Below are positions 1-9,916 of a stretch of 64,000 nucleotides of DNA, piece after piece. Where the stretch lies: assembly GCA_018396535.1 (NCBI GenBank), contig JAGTQC010000002.1, positions 160,001-224,000 of the forward strand. The letters run 5' to 3'. The DNA comes from Candidatus Bathyarchaeota archaeon. Its GTDB lineage: Archaea > Thermoproteota > CALKCG01 > B24 > DRYS01. The first letter of the stretch is position 1, and every line of letters starts with the position of its first letter. The translations under genes were made by a program, and so were the position numbers. The notes under the pieces were generated by a model, which ran no database searches, had not been told where the DNA came from, and saw only the letters and a list, made by a program, of their open reading frames with translations.

Positions 1-66
1 TCTGGTGGAGGAGGATAAAAAAGATATAGGGCTACCCACTCATAATATTGCTGTGGTGGGTACATC

Positions 67-405
67 TTGGATATATCATGGGAGGAGTTTAAACGTAAGT
101 ATCCGAATTTAGCTAGAGAGATAGAAGAGAAGACTATGTGTATATCTATCGGTGGGATTAGATGGGAGAATGGCGAAAACTACGATGAACTTCGAAACCC
201 TGACGTCGTATCCTTTCTTAGAAGATGCGATACAGATGAAGAGGCATACGAAGTTATAGACTATCTGGAGAGAAGGGGGGAGATCTCTCGAGAATATGCT
301 GAATCAGTGAGAAGGCAGGTTAGGGAGAAGGGTGTAAGATCGTTCGGTTCTCGTAAACCTATGGGCTACTATCTTATGAAGTACTATTATGGTGAGGATG
401 TGTAG
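67..405 (+). CDS. DUF2095 family protein
   Basis: EEFKRKYPNLAREI and PDVVSFLRRCDTDEEAYEVIDYLERRGEIS match the archaeal DUF2095 pattern; TTG start. Confidence 0.8.
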   Translation: MDISWEEFKRKYPNLAREIEEKTMCISIGGIRWENGENYDELRNPDVVSFLRRCDTDEEAYEVIDYLERRGEISREYAESVRRQVREKGVRSFGSRKPMGYYLMKYYYGEDV

Positions 406-725
406 GCTTCGATTCTAATCCAATCCAGCTTTGGAGGATACCCCATCTCGGTTAGAGATTTCAATAGTTCTCGTAACTCATCTTCAAACTTACCGTCTCT
501 TAGAAGTATCACATATCCATTCTTAACACCGTTAAAATGCCTCCTATCTTTAGTTACGAATATAGCTGAATGATACTCTATAAAGCTTTTTATTTCCTCA
601 TCGGATGCATCAATGGAGAGGATATCCTTTATATGGTAGCTTTCCCCGTATCCTAAAGCCTTTAGGCATCCAACAAGTAGTGGAGATAGCATAGCATCTA
701 CAAGTATTACAGGAGTACCCTTCAT
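387..725 (-). CDS. PIN-like (DUF5615/Mut7-C N-terminal type) putative RNase
   Basis: ILVDAML, SDEEI and VTKDR acidic motifs typical of DUF5615/Mut7-C PIN folds. Confidence 0.65.
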   Translation of the reverse strand: MKGTPVILVDAMLSPLLVGCLKALGYGESYHIKDILSIDASDEEIKSFIEYHSAIFVTKDRRHFNGVKNGYVILLRDGKFEDELRELLKSLTEMGYPPKLDWIRIEAYTSSP

Positions 726-866
726 ACTTCTACTCTAGAAAAGTAGAGTGATATGTATATAAATGTTATTCACAATATTGTATCAAAAACTCTATTTTTG
801 TGTAAATGGTGTGAGAACGTTTATCCAGTAGTTCTACGTAAGCTTTCTATGTAAGGAAGAGAGGAT

Positions 867-2456
867 ATGCAGGAGACGGTATTCGATAGGGCTTGTAGGG
901 AGATTGTAGCTATCCTAGCATCTAAACCTAGCCTCACTCCTAGGGATGTAGCTAGGGTTAAGCTTGATGTAGCGAAGAAGTATGCTTTACCGAGGATTCC
1001 ATCGAATAGCGAGCTAATCCACTATGCATCTGAATACGAGGTTCTAAAGAAGCTTCTAAGAAGGAAGCCTGTAAGGAGTATAAGCGGTGTTACTGTAGTA
1101 GCTGTTATGACTAAACCTTACCCATGCCCACAATCGGTTCCATGCCTATACTGCCCCGGTGGACCTAGGTATGGTACACCACAAAGCTATACAGGTAAAG
1201 AACCTGCAGCGCTTAGAGCTATACAATATGATTATGATCCCTATATGCAGGTTAAAGCTAGAGTTGAGCAGCTAGAGAAGGTGGGGCATAGGGTCGATAA
1301 GGTTGAACTTATAATCTTAGGAGGTACGTTTACAGCTTTACCTAGAGACTATGTGGAGTGGTTTGTTAAGAGATGTTTAGACGCGCTTAACGGTAGGGAA
1401 TCTAATAGCCTTGAAGAAGCTAAGAGGATAGCTGAGGATGCTCCTATAAGGTTATCTGGTATCATAGTCGAGACGAGACCTGACTGGTGTAAGGAAGGGC
1501 ATGTGGATTTTATGCTAAACTTAGGTGTTACTAGGGTTGAGATTGGTGTTCAAACAATATACGACCACGTGTATAGTATGGTTAGGAGAGGGCATAGGGT
1601 TTCCGATGTAGTAGAAGCGACTAGGATAGCTAAAGATTCTGGTTTAAAAGTGACGTACCATCTTATGCCGGGTCTCCCAGGCTCCGATAGGGATATGGAT
1701 ATAGAGATGTTTAGGGAGGTATTTGATAATCCTGATTTTAGACCTGATGCTTTGAAGATCTATCCATGCCTAGTTGTTAAAGGCTCAGATCTATATGATC
1801 TATGGATTAAAGGATTGTATAAACCATATGGATGCGATGAGCTTGTAGATCTTCTAGCTGAGGCTTTAAGCTGCATCCCACCGTATGTTCGTATACAGAG
1901 GATACAGAGGGATATACCAGCACCTCTTATAGAAGCTGGATGTAGGTATGGGAATCTTAGGGAATACGTAGAAGCAGAGATGGAGAGAAGAGGTAAGCCA
2001 TGCAGATGTATAAGGTGTAGGGAGGTGGGGCATAGGATGCTGAAGAAGGGGGTTAAACCTAGAATCGAAGATCTAGCCTTATCTAGGATAGAATACGAAG
2101 CTAGTATGGGGATCGAAATATTTCTATCGATTGAAGATAAGGTGAGAGATATACTGGTAGGATACCTACGTTTGAGGATTCCTTCACGATATGCTCATAG
2201 AGAGGAACTTAGAAATGCTGCTATCGTACGTGAACTTCACGTATACGGACCTATGCTACCAGTAGGATTTAAACCTACAGAGGAGTGGCAGCATAGAAGT
2301 CTAGGTAGAGGGCTACTTCTAGAAGCTGAACGTATTGTTAAAGAGGAGTATGACCTAGATAAGATAGTAGTAATAAGTGGTCTCGGTGTGAAGAGGTACT
2401 ATAGGAGGCTAGGATACGAGTATGATGGCCCGTATATGAGTAAAAGATTGGGGTAG
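867..2456 (+). CDS. elp3: Elp3 tRNA uridine(34) carboxymethyltransferase (radical SAM + KAT domain)
   Basis: PVRSISGVTVVAVMTKP, CxxxxxCxxCPGG, PQSYTGxEPA, RELHVYG, QHRSLG, VISGLGVKRYY. Confidence 0.95.
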   Translation: MQETVFDRACREIVAILASKPSLTPRDVARVKLDVAKKYALPRIPSNSELIHYASEYEVLKKLLRRKPVRSISGVTVVAVMTKPYPCPQSVPCLYCPGGPRYGTPQSYTGKEPAALRAIQYDYDPYMQVKARVEQLEKVGHRVDKVELIILGGTFTALPRDYVEWFVKRCLDALNGRESNSLEEAKRIAEDAPIRLSGIIVETRPDWCKEGHVDFMLNLGVTRVEIGVQTIYDHVYSMVRRGHRVSDVVEATRIAKDSGLKVTYHLMPGLPGSDRDMDIEMFREVFDNPDFRPDALKIYPCLVVKGSDLYDLWIKGLYKPYGCDELVDLLAEALSCIPPYVRIQRIQRDIPAPLIEAGCRYGNLREYVEAEMERRGKPCRCIRCREVGHRMLKKGVKPRIEDLALSRIEYEASMGIEIFLSIEDKVRDILVGYLRLRIPSRYAHREELRNAAIVRELHVYGPMLPVGFKPTEEWQHRSLGRGLLLEAERIVKEEYDLDKIVVISGLGVKRYYRRLGYEYDGPYMSKRLG

Positions 2457-2521
2457 AAGTGTTAAACCGAAGCTGATATATACAGTGCTTATAATCTCTA
2501 TGGATTTTATAACGGGAAATT

Positions 2522-2530
2522 CTTAAATAA
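2522..2530 (+). promoter_or_regulatory. Probable TATA box of tRNA-Gly
   Basis: CTTAAATAA preceded by purine-rich GGGAAA (BRE-like), ending about 32 nt upstream of the tRNA 5' end. Confidence 0.4.
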
Positions 2531-2561
2531 AACTTCAAGAAACAACATCCTAATGGATTAA

Positions 2562-2636
2562 GCGGTGGTCGTCTAGCCTGGTTAGGACACCAGCCTGCCA
2601 CGCTGGGAGTCGCGGGTTCGAATCCCGCCCACCGCA
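2562..2636 (+). tRNA. tRNA-Gly(GCC), intron-less, CCA not encoded
   Basis: Acceptor stem GCGGTGG/CCACCGC, discriminator A, anticodon arm CCAGC-CTGCCAC-GCTGG, T arm GCGGG-TTCGAAT-CCCGC. Confidence 0.97.
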
Positions 2637-3007
2637 TAAGATTCTATAAGCAAATATAACTCTAAGCAATACACTAGGTAAACTGGATAACGTTCTCTAC
2701 ATATGATCTCGAATCGCTACTAAAGTAGATGTTCGACTTGGTATATCATTACAGCTTATACAAGGTGATATAACATAGATTTGTGTAGCTGGGGAGATTA
2801 TGTTATTAGAAGGTGTATGCGATACTACTTATAGCTATGGGAGTAGTGTTATATTACGGATTCGATAGCTTCTATAATAGTTGTAGGCTGAAAGAATGCT
2901 AGTATATACGTAGAGTGGATGAAAAATATGCGGTAAGCAGATTTTATGTTCCACATATGTAAGCTCTTAAGGGTTAAAGTCTACTAAGCTTATCGATTAT
3001 CTATGCT

Positions 3008-3175
3008 ATGAGTAGAAGAAACTCTATGCGTCTTGTAACAGTTAAGCTGCCTGAGGCTATAGTTGAAGGTATAGATGAACTCGTTAAGACAGGGTTCTAC
3101 CCTAGTAGAAGTGCTGTTATAAGAGCTGCTGTTAGAGATCTTCTAAGAAGAGAGTTATGGAGAACTCAAAGCTGA
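3008..3175 (+). CDS. Small ribbon-helix-helix regulator, CdrS-like (55 aa; absent from ORF track)
   Basis: Manual translation [55 protein letters not shown]; classic RHH strand plus 'GxYPSRSxxIRxAVRDLL'; alternative start 3026. Confidence 0.88.
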   Translation: MSRRNSMRLVTVKLPEAIVEGIDELVKTGFYPSRSAVIRAAVRDLLRRELWRTQS

Positions 3176-3919
3176 ATGTATAAGCTTGGTAAGTCTTCTA
3201 GCTTCCTCTTCAGGGCTCTGCGAGCATAGTATACTTCTACCAGTGATTATATACTTAGCTCCTGCTCTCACAGCTTCGATAGCAGAGCCTCCTTGAACGC
3301 CTACACCGGGGGAGTATATCGGTATATCCTCCCCTAATATATCGTAGACTTCACGTATTACATCGATTCTTGTAGCACCTACTATCGCTCCATCGCATCC
3401 CCATTCTAAAGCCCTATATGCGAATATCTTATAGAATGGCTGCTGATAACCTCCATCCAACACTATCCTACCGTAACCTTCAGATGCTCCTCTATGACTC
3501 ATGTATATCAGGGGTAGTACACCGCCATATCTCGCATTAACCTCCCTTGCGATAACATCTACCCCGTCACTCCATCCTATAAATGGATTTACCGTTATAG
3601 CATCGAATCCAGCATCCATCAGGTATCTTACAGCAACCTCGTTCGTCGAGCCTATATCGTTAAGTTTACAATCAGCTATACATTGCACTCCATGCTTATG
3701 TGCTTTAGAGGTTATCCTGTATAATTCATTTAAACTTAAAGGTAGTAGTAGATGCCAGTTCAGCTTAACTCCACATATGTAATCGGATAATCTTTCTAGC
3801 ATACATAAAGCGTAATCTTCGAGTTTAGATGAATCTACCCCGACTGGATCTAGAGCAAGTATTAGCCTTGTTTTCTTACTAACTGCCAAATCCTCTATAC
3901 GGTACTTAAACCTCTTCAT
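3155..3919 (-). CDS. pyrF: Orotidine-5'-phosphate decarboxylase
   Basis: [16 protein letters not shown] (DxKxxD), [15 protein letters not shown]. Confidence 0.93.
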   Translation of the reverse strand: MKRFKYRIEDLAVSKKTRLILALDPVGVDSSKLEDYALCMLERLSDYICGVKLNWHLLLPLSLNELYRITSKAHKHGVQCIADCKLNDIGSTNEVAVRYLMDAGFDAITVNPFIGWSDGVDVIAREVNARYGGVLPLIYMSHRGASEGYGRIVLDGGYQQPFYKIFAYRALEWGCDGAIVGATRIDVIREVYDILGEDIPIYSPGVGVQGGSAIEAVRAGAKYIITGRSILCSQSPEEEARRLTKLIHSALSSP

Positions 3920-3969
3920 GTCAGGTTAGCTTTATGCCTCTGACATATAGATAAATCTACACATGAGTT

Positions 3970-4725
3970 ATGCAGATAAAGGTTGGATGCTGCGGCTTTA
4001 GTGTGAAAGGGGGTAGGAAGGCGTACTACAGATTATTCGATCTAGTAGAGATACAATCGACATTCTATCAGCTTCCGAATACTAGTACAGCTATGAGTTG
4101 GAGAAGGGAGGCCCCCGAGGGGTTTGAATTTACTTTAAAAGCGTGGCAGGCTGTTACTCATCCACTTGATAGTCCTACATGGAGGAGGGCTAGGTGGAAG
4201 CCACCGGTAGATAAGGCTTCTAGTTACGGATTACTAAAGCCTACTGAGGAAAACCTAGAGGCATGGGATATGATTGTAGAGATAGCGCGGATTCTACGTA
4301 GTAGGGTAGTAGTTGTTCAATGCCCACCATCGTTTCAAGCTACAGAGGAGAGTGTATCGGATTTGAAAGCATTCTTTAATAAAGCTTCTACCGGAGGCTT
4401 AATCGTAGCATGGGAGCCTAGACATAGCTCTTGGACTTATGAGTTGGTTAGATCTATATGCTTGGAGCTAGGTTTAATCCACATAGTGGATCCGTTTAAG
4501 GAGAGATGTGCTACCGAGGATGTTAGCCCCGTATATTATAGACTACACGGTTTAGGTAGTAGACCGTACGTGTACAAGTATACTGATGATGATCTAAGAA
4601 TTCTATATGAAAAATATGTGAGGCCTCTAATAGAGAACGGCTTAGAAACGTATATTTTATGGAATAACATATATATGGCTCAGGATGCTGAGCGGTTTAA
4701 ACAACTATACCTAAAAGCGGGGTGA
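3970..4725 (+). CDS. DUF72 domain protein (YecE-like)
   Basis: VGCCGF, VEIQSTFY, FTLKAWQ, QCPPSF, WEPRH, YYRLHG, NN motif. Confidence 0.9.
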   Translation: MQIKVGCCGFSVKGGRKAYYRLFDLVEIQSTFYQLPNTSTAMSWRREAPEGFEFTLKAWQAVTHPLDSPTWRRARWKPPVDKASSYGLLKPTEENLEAWDMIVEIARILRSRVVVVQCPPSFQATEESVSDLKAFFNKASTGGLIVAWEPRHSSWTYELVRSICLELGLIHIVDPFKERCATEDVSPVYYRLHGLGSRPYVYKYTDDDLRILYEKYVRPLIENGLETYILWNNIYMAQDAERFKQLYLKAG

Positions 4726-4731
4726 AGCCTG

Positions 4732-5484
4732 CTATAGCTCTCCACATACACAGAATACCTCTCTACAAATATCGTATAGCCTATCTAAGCCTAGACCTGT
4801 CTTAGCGGATACGGCAGTTATGTTACCGGTATGCTTAGAGTATTTTTGAGCCAAATCTGCTAGTGCTAAAGCTATATCGCTTGATGCGCCGAGCTTCTCC
4901 TCCAATATTTTAGCTTTAAACTTCTCTGGATGGTTTAGTAGAGATAATACAGTTTCAGCTTCAGGTAAATCAGATTTATTCAGGACGGATATGCATGGTA
5001 CGCCAAGTCTTACCTGTGTAGCTACGGCTAAGCTTAGAGCTACAGATAGATCTGAAGCAGTCCTAGCAAGTATAGGATCGAATATGTATACTGCTACGAT
5101 CCTACCAAGCTTCCTAAGAAGCTCTGCTATGATTGGCCCTGTATCTCTAAATACGAATATCTCCATCTGCCCAGGTGTATCTATCAACATGAAGTCCGAC
5201 TTTATCATAGATAAATCTGAAACTATCCTATCGCTGTATTCCTTCATAAGCTCGGCTGCTCGTATAATAGCTCCATTAGGGCCTAAACCTTCTCTCTCCA
5301 TAAGATCCTTAACCGTGAAGAATGTACGTATATCAAAATCTGGTTTAAACGGGGTATACGTGCATCCAGGATCTAGGTTTACGTAACCGACTTCTACCTC
5401 CATCTCCTTTTCAAGCCATAACCCGAAGGAATGTGTAAGGCTAGATTTGCCTGATCCAGCGGTACCTATGAACATTATATACAT
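4732..5484 (-). CDS. GPN-loop GTPase
   Basis: GTAGSGKS, NLDPG, LGPNG, DTPGQME, NKSD. Confidence 0.93.
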   Translation of the reverse strand: MYIMFIGTAGSGKSSLTHSFGLWLEKEMEVEVGYVNLDPGCTYTPFKPDFDIRTFFTVKDLMEREGLGPNGAIIRAAELMKEYSDRIVSDLSMIKSDFMLIDTPGQMEIFVFRDTGPIIAELLRKLGRIVAVYIFDPILARTASDLSVALSLAVATQVRLGVPCISVLNKSDLPEAETVLSLLNHPEKFKAKILEEKLGASSDIALALADLAQKYSKHTGNITAVSAKTGLGLDRLYDICREVFCVCGEL

Positions 5485-5607
5485 AGCTTTAGCCTTGAAA
5501 TTCTGTATGATAACCGTTGTATCTAAATTTTTGCTTTATGAACGTATCTGAAAACCTTAATGACATTTATAAGCCAGTACTACGTTTATCCAACATAGAT
5601 TCGAGAG

Positions 5608-7062
5608 ATGTCAGCTCATGTTCCTCTTAGAAGAGTAGATGAGTATGTATGGGAGATACCTAAAGATTTCAAACCAGGTATGCGTGTACCATGCAGAATA
5701 TATGCAGATGAAGCTCTATTAGAGAAGATGAGAAGCGATATGACTCTCATCCAGTGTGCTAACGTAGCCCACTTACCAGGTATCTATAAGTGGTCTCTCA
5801 CGATGCCAGATGGCCATGAAGGCTACGGATTCCCTATAGGGGGTGTAGCTGCTACAGATTACGAGGAAGGTGTTCTAAGCCCTGGAGGAGTTGGCTATGA
5901 TATAAACTGCGGTGTACGATTGATTAGGACAAACCTAGATATAGATGATATCAAACCGGTGTTAGGTAAGCTGATAGACCTTATATTCCATTATGTACCA
6001 TCAGGTTTAGGGAGTAAGGGTAGGATAAGGGTTACTCAAAGCGAGCTTGATAAAGCTGTAACAGAGGGGGTGGCGTGGGCTATTAAAGCTGGTTACGGAT
6101 GGCATGAGGATGCTGAGAGATGCGAGGAGGAGGGATGTATGAAGATGGCTGATCCTACTAAGGTATCGTCCACAGCTAAGCAGAGGGGTGTAGGTCAGAT
6201 AGGTAGCCTTGGGAGTGGAAACCACTTCCTAGAGATAGATGTAGTGGATAGGATTTATGATGAGAGGGTTGCACGTAGGTTTGGTATAGAACATGAGGGG
6301 CAAGTAATGATTCTAGTTCATACTGGTAGTAGAGGGTATGGTCATCAGATATGCAGCGATTATCTCAGAGTTATGGAGAGAGCAGTCCATAAGTATGGCT
6401 TGAAACTACCTGACCGCGAGCTTGCATGTGCACCTGCTAAAAGCCGGGAGCTTGAAGACTATTTTGCAGCTATGTCCTGTGCATGCAATTTTGCATGGGT
6501 GAATAGACAGCTTATAACACACTGGGTGAGAGAAGCCTTTAAAGATATAGTTAGAAGGGATCCTGAGGATCTAGGTATGCACTTAGTATACGATGTAGCT
6601 CATAATATAGCTAAGGTGGAGGAGCATACTGTTGATGGTAGGAGGGTTAAGGTCTTTGTACATAGGAAGGGGGCTACCAGGGCATTCCCAGCAGGACATC
6701 CAGATGTACCTGCTGAGTATAGGGATGTGGGTCAACCTGTACTTATACCTGGAAGTATGGGTACAGCATCATGGGTTCTAGTAGGAGATCCTAAAGCTAT
6801 GGAGATAAGCTTCGGATCGACAGCTCATGGTGCTGGTAGAGTTCTAAGTAGGGAGGCGGCTAAGAGAAGGTATCCGAGTAGCGAGGTTGTAAGAAGGCTT
6901 GAGAGACAGGGTATAATCATACGTGCTGAGAGTATGGCTGTAGTAAGTGAAGAAGCTCCTGAAGCGTATAAGGATGTAGATAGGGTAGTCGAGGTAAGTC
7001 ATAATGTAGGTATAGCGCGTAAGGTAGCCCGCTTACTACCTATAGCTGTCGCGAAGGGTTAG
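5608..7062 (+). CDS. rtcB: RNA-splicing ligase RtcB
   Basis: MPDGHEGYGFPIGG, GYDINCG, GSGNHF, HTGSRG, HNIAK, HRKGATRA, HGAGR, EEAPEAYK; no intein. Confidence 0.97.
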   Translation: MSAHVPLRRVDEYVWEIPKDFKPGMRVPCRIYADEALLEKMRSDMTLIQCANVAHLPGIYKWSLTMPDGHEGYGFPIGGVAATDYEEGVLSPGGVGYDINCGVRLIRTNLDIDDIKPVLGKLIDLIFHYVPSGLGSKGRIRVTQSELDKAVTEGVAWAIKAGYGWHEDAERCEEEGCMKMADPTKVSSTAKQRGVGQIGSLGSGNHFLEIDVVDRIYDERVARRFGIEHEGQVMILVHTGSRGYGHQICSDYLRVMERAVHKYGLKLPDRELACAPAKSRELEDYFAAMSCACNFAWVNRQLITHWVREAFKDIVRRDPEDLGMHLVYDVAHNIAKVEEHTVDGRRVKVFVHRKGATRAFPAGHPDVPAEYRDVGQPVLIPGSMGTASWVLVGDPKAMEISFGSTAHGAGRVLSREAAKRRYPSSEVVRRLERQGIIIRAESMAVVSEEAPEAYKDVDRVVEVSHNVGIARKVARLLPIAVAKG

Positions 7063-7463
7063 ATACCGTAGTGGATGGTTGGAATAAGGCTGTGCTCTAA
7101 ATTTAGCCATCTATTTTTCCTCCTACATAGATAATCTTATTGATAATATGATTCTTCATAGAGCTTTATCATCTATCGAGAATTATACCGGTATCTAATA
7201 TGGGTCTCCCCGATCCGAACTATTCCCTTCTTAAATACTACTGAAGCTATCCTTCAGCTGGTATCCTAATTCTGTTAAAGCGGTTCTACATCTTATAGAT
7301 ACGTCTATACACCTAGCTTTTATCGTATAGCTGATACTTTGTGAAAAATATGCGATTCTCAGCTAACCTAGAGGGGTATTTATCATATTTCACCAATAGA
7401 TTTTCAAAATCATGAGTAAAGCTACTTTTATAGTATGGTAGCTTACAGACCATTGTATTAGGC

Positions 7464-9878
7464 TTGGTGGAGTTCATACTAGCTGGTAATGCGCACATAG
7501 ATCCAGTATGGCTTTGGAGATGGTTTGAAGGATATTGGACTGTAAGATCTACTGTTAGACGTGTATTAGATCTCATGGAGAAACATCCCTCTATAACATT
7601 CGTTTTCTCTTCTTCCATCATGTATAGATGGCTTGAGGAATGTGAACCACAATTATTCGAGAAGGTTAAGAAGCTGATAGGTGAAGGCCGATGGATTCCG
7701 ATCGGTGGATGGGTTGTTGAACCTGATTGCAATATCCCTTGCGGAGAATCGTATATACGTCAAGCCTTATACGGTAAGATGTACTTTAAGGAAAGGCTAG
7801 GAATCGACATAGTGGTCGGCTATAATATAGATAGCTTTGGGCATAACGCTTCTCTTCCACAGATACTCAGGAAATCTGGATACGAGTACTACATCTTTAT
7901 GAGACCTGATAGACGTGAAAAAGATCTTCCACCCATATTTCTATGGGAGTCTCCGGATGGAAGTAGAATCCTAGCTTATAGGCATCCTGTAAGCTATGCA
8001 CTACACGGTGACCGTCTTGTAGAAGCTTTAGAGAGATTAGCATCGAATCCACCCCTACCGGTTATCCTTATACTATTCGGTAGGGGGGATCATGGAGGTG
8101 GACCTACATACGAGGATGTGAAAGCTATAGAGGAGTTTGCAGGTAGATTCAAATATATTGGTATTAGATTTTCTAATCCGGAGGAGTTCTTCAAACGTAT
8201 AGTAGAAGCTGGATTGGATATGCCTATCGTTAGAGGTGAGCTGCAACACCATGCAACGGGATGCTACTCTCTACTATCGGAGGTTAAAACATTGAATAGG
8301 AGAGCTGAATATAGTCTTATGGCTGCAGAGAGGTTATCCGTACTAGCATATCTATTGACTGGTTTGAGCTATCCTAGGGATAGGCTTAGGATGGGGTGGA
8401 TGCATACATTATTCTGCCAATTCCACGATTCGCTAGCTGGGACATGTATCCCGGAGGCGTATTGGGATATTCGGAGCATGTATAGCGAATCTATAGACAT
8501 AGCTTACGAATCCATCAATCTAGCAGCACAGAGGATATCGTCCATGGTTGATACGAGTGGCGGAGTATACATCATAGTATTTAATCCTACTGGTGTTCAT
8601 GTTAGATTCCCTATAGAGGTAGAGCCTTGGCCTGGGGATTATGCTATCCTAGATCCAGATAATGGTGGGCTAGTCCAGGTGCAGGATGTGAAACCATCAT
8701 CTATCACCGCTCGTAGAAGAGTATTATTCACAGCGGATATACCTGCTCTAGGCTATAAATCGTATAGATTAGTCGATAAACCTGTTCGGGAGAACGAGCT
8801 TAAGGGGGTACTGGAAGCGTCTGATCTAACTATAAGGAATGACTATTTCATAATCGAGGTGGATTCTGAAAACTGTGGGATTAAGATGCTTTATGATAGG
8901 AGGGTCGGTGTAAACGTATTCAGAGGATACGGAGCCTCACCCATAGTCTTGAAGGATGAAAGCGATACATGGGGTCATGGAGTATACACCTACAGGTATG
9001 AGGAGGGCAGGTTTAAGAATACTGAAGTTTCGCTTATAGAATCCGGTCCTATAAGAGCGACTATTTGTGTTAAAGCATGTTTTTCGAATTCTACGATTTG
9101 GCAATACATATCTCTCTATAGAGGACTCGACTTTATAGATGTTAAGGTTAAGCTTGATTGGAGAGAGAAGCATAGGATGCTTAAGCTATCCTTCCCCGTT
9201 AACCTAAACTCCTCTAAGGTAACATATGAAATCCCCTATGGCGTTATAACTAGGATAGCTAACGGAGTAGAGGAGCCTGGGCAGAGATGGGTTGATGTAT
9301 CTGGTACCCTTTCAACACCAGATAGGAGTGTAGAATTTGGGTTAGCTATAGTTAACGATTCTAAGTATAGTTATGATGCCTATGGCTCAGAACTCCGTAT
9401 GAGTATACTTAGAAGTCCACCGTACGCTCATCACGAGCCGCATAAACTCAAACCTAATGTAGATTATGAGTATATAGATCAAGGCCTCCATACGTTTAGA
9501 TATGTATTAATACCCCATCCTGGTGATTGGAAAACTGTTTTCTATAGGATAGCGGAGATAGCTGAGATACTAAATACAGGCTTCTTCTACATAGTCGAAG
9601 ATCGGCATATAGGCTCTCTACCACTTAAACTTTCATCGATAAATGTCGAGCCATACAATGTTATACCATCTGTTCTGAAACTCTCTGAAGAATCAAACGA
9701 TTTGATACTAAGATTAGTAGAATATTGTGGGATCGAAACCGAGGCATATATAGATATACCGATTCTAGGTAGAGAGATAGGGATTGAGATTAAGCCATTC
9801 GAGATAAAAACCCTAAGGATACCATTAGATAAAGATAAACCAGTAGTCGAGTGTAACCTACTAGAGACCCCTATATGA
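7464..9878 (+). CDS. GH38 alpha-mannosidase
   Basis: GNAHIDPVWLW, GGWVVEPD, DSFGH, GDHGGGP, QFHDSLAGT. Confidence 0.93.
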   Translation: MVEFILAGNAHIDPVWLWRWFEGYWTVRSTVRRVLDLMEKHPSITFVFSSSIMYRWLEECEPQLFEKVKKLIGEGRWIPIGGWVVEPDCNIPCGESYIRQALYGKMYFKERLGIDIVVGYNIDSFGHNASLPQILRKSGYEYYIFMRPDRREKDLPPIFLWESPDGSRILAYRHPVSYALHGDRLVEALERLASNPPLPVILILFGRGDHGGGPTYEDVKAIEEFAGRFKYIGIRFSNPEEFFKRIVEAGLDMPIVRGELQHHATGCYSLLSEVKTLNRRAEYSLMAAERLSVLAYLLTGLSYPRDRLRMGWMHTLFCQFHDSLAGTCIPEAYWDIRSMYSESIDIAYESINLAAQRISSMVDTSGGVYIIVFNPTGVHVRFPIEVEPWPGDYAILDPDNGGLVQVQDVKPSSITARRRVLFTADIPALGYKSYRLVDKPVRENELKGVLEASDLTIRNDYFIIEVDSENCGIKMLYDRRVGVNVFRGYGASPIVLKDESDTWGHGVYTYRYEEGRFKNTEVSLIESGPIRATICVKACFSNSTIWQYISLYRGLDFIDVKVKLDWREKHRMLKLSFPVNLNSSKVTYEIPYGVITRIANGVEEPGQRWVDVSGTLSTPDRSVEFGLAIVNDSKYSYDAYGSELRMSILRSPPYAHHEPHKLKPNVDYEYIDQGLHTFRYVLIPHPGDWKTVFYRIAEIAEILNTGFFYIVEDRHIGSLPLKLSSINVEPYNVIPSVLKLSEESNDLILRLVEYCGIETEAYIDIPILGREIGIEIKPFEIKTLRIPLDKDKPVVECNLLETPI

Positions 9879-9916
9879 CGCTATTCAACATCTATTGTAA
9901 CTATAATTTATTGAGC

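Noticed and set aside
23-77. Hairpin TACCCAC/GTGGGTA before DUF2095, considered as a bulge-helix-bulge intron
   Set aside because: No proper 4-bp central helix with two 3-nt bulges, and DUF2095 is complete without splicing
2338-2637. 99-aa minus-strand ORF (MRWAGFEPAT...)
   Set aside because: It is the antisense reading of tRNA-Gly and the elp3 3' end
7063-7732. Gap after rtcB and the 139-aa minus-strand ORF 7313-7732
   Set aside because: The ORF is mostly antisense to GH38, and I found no recognisable gene, repeat or RNA in the gap
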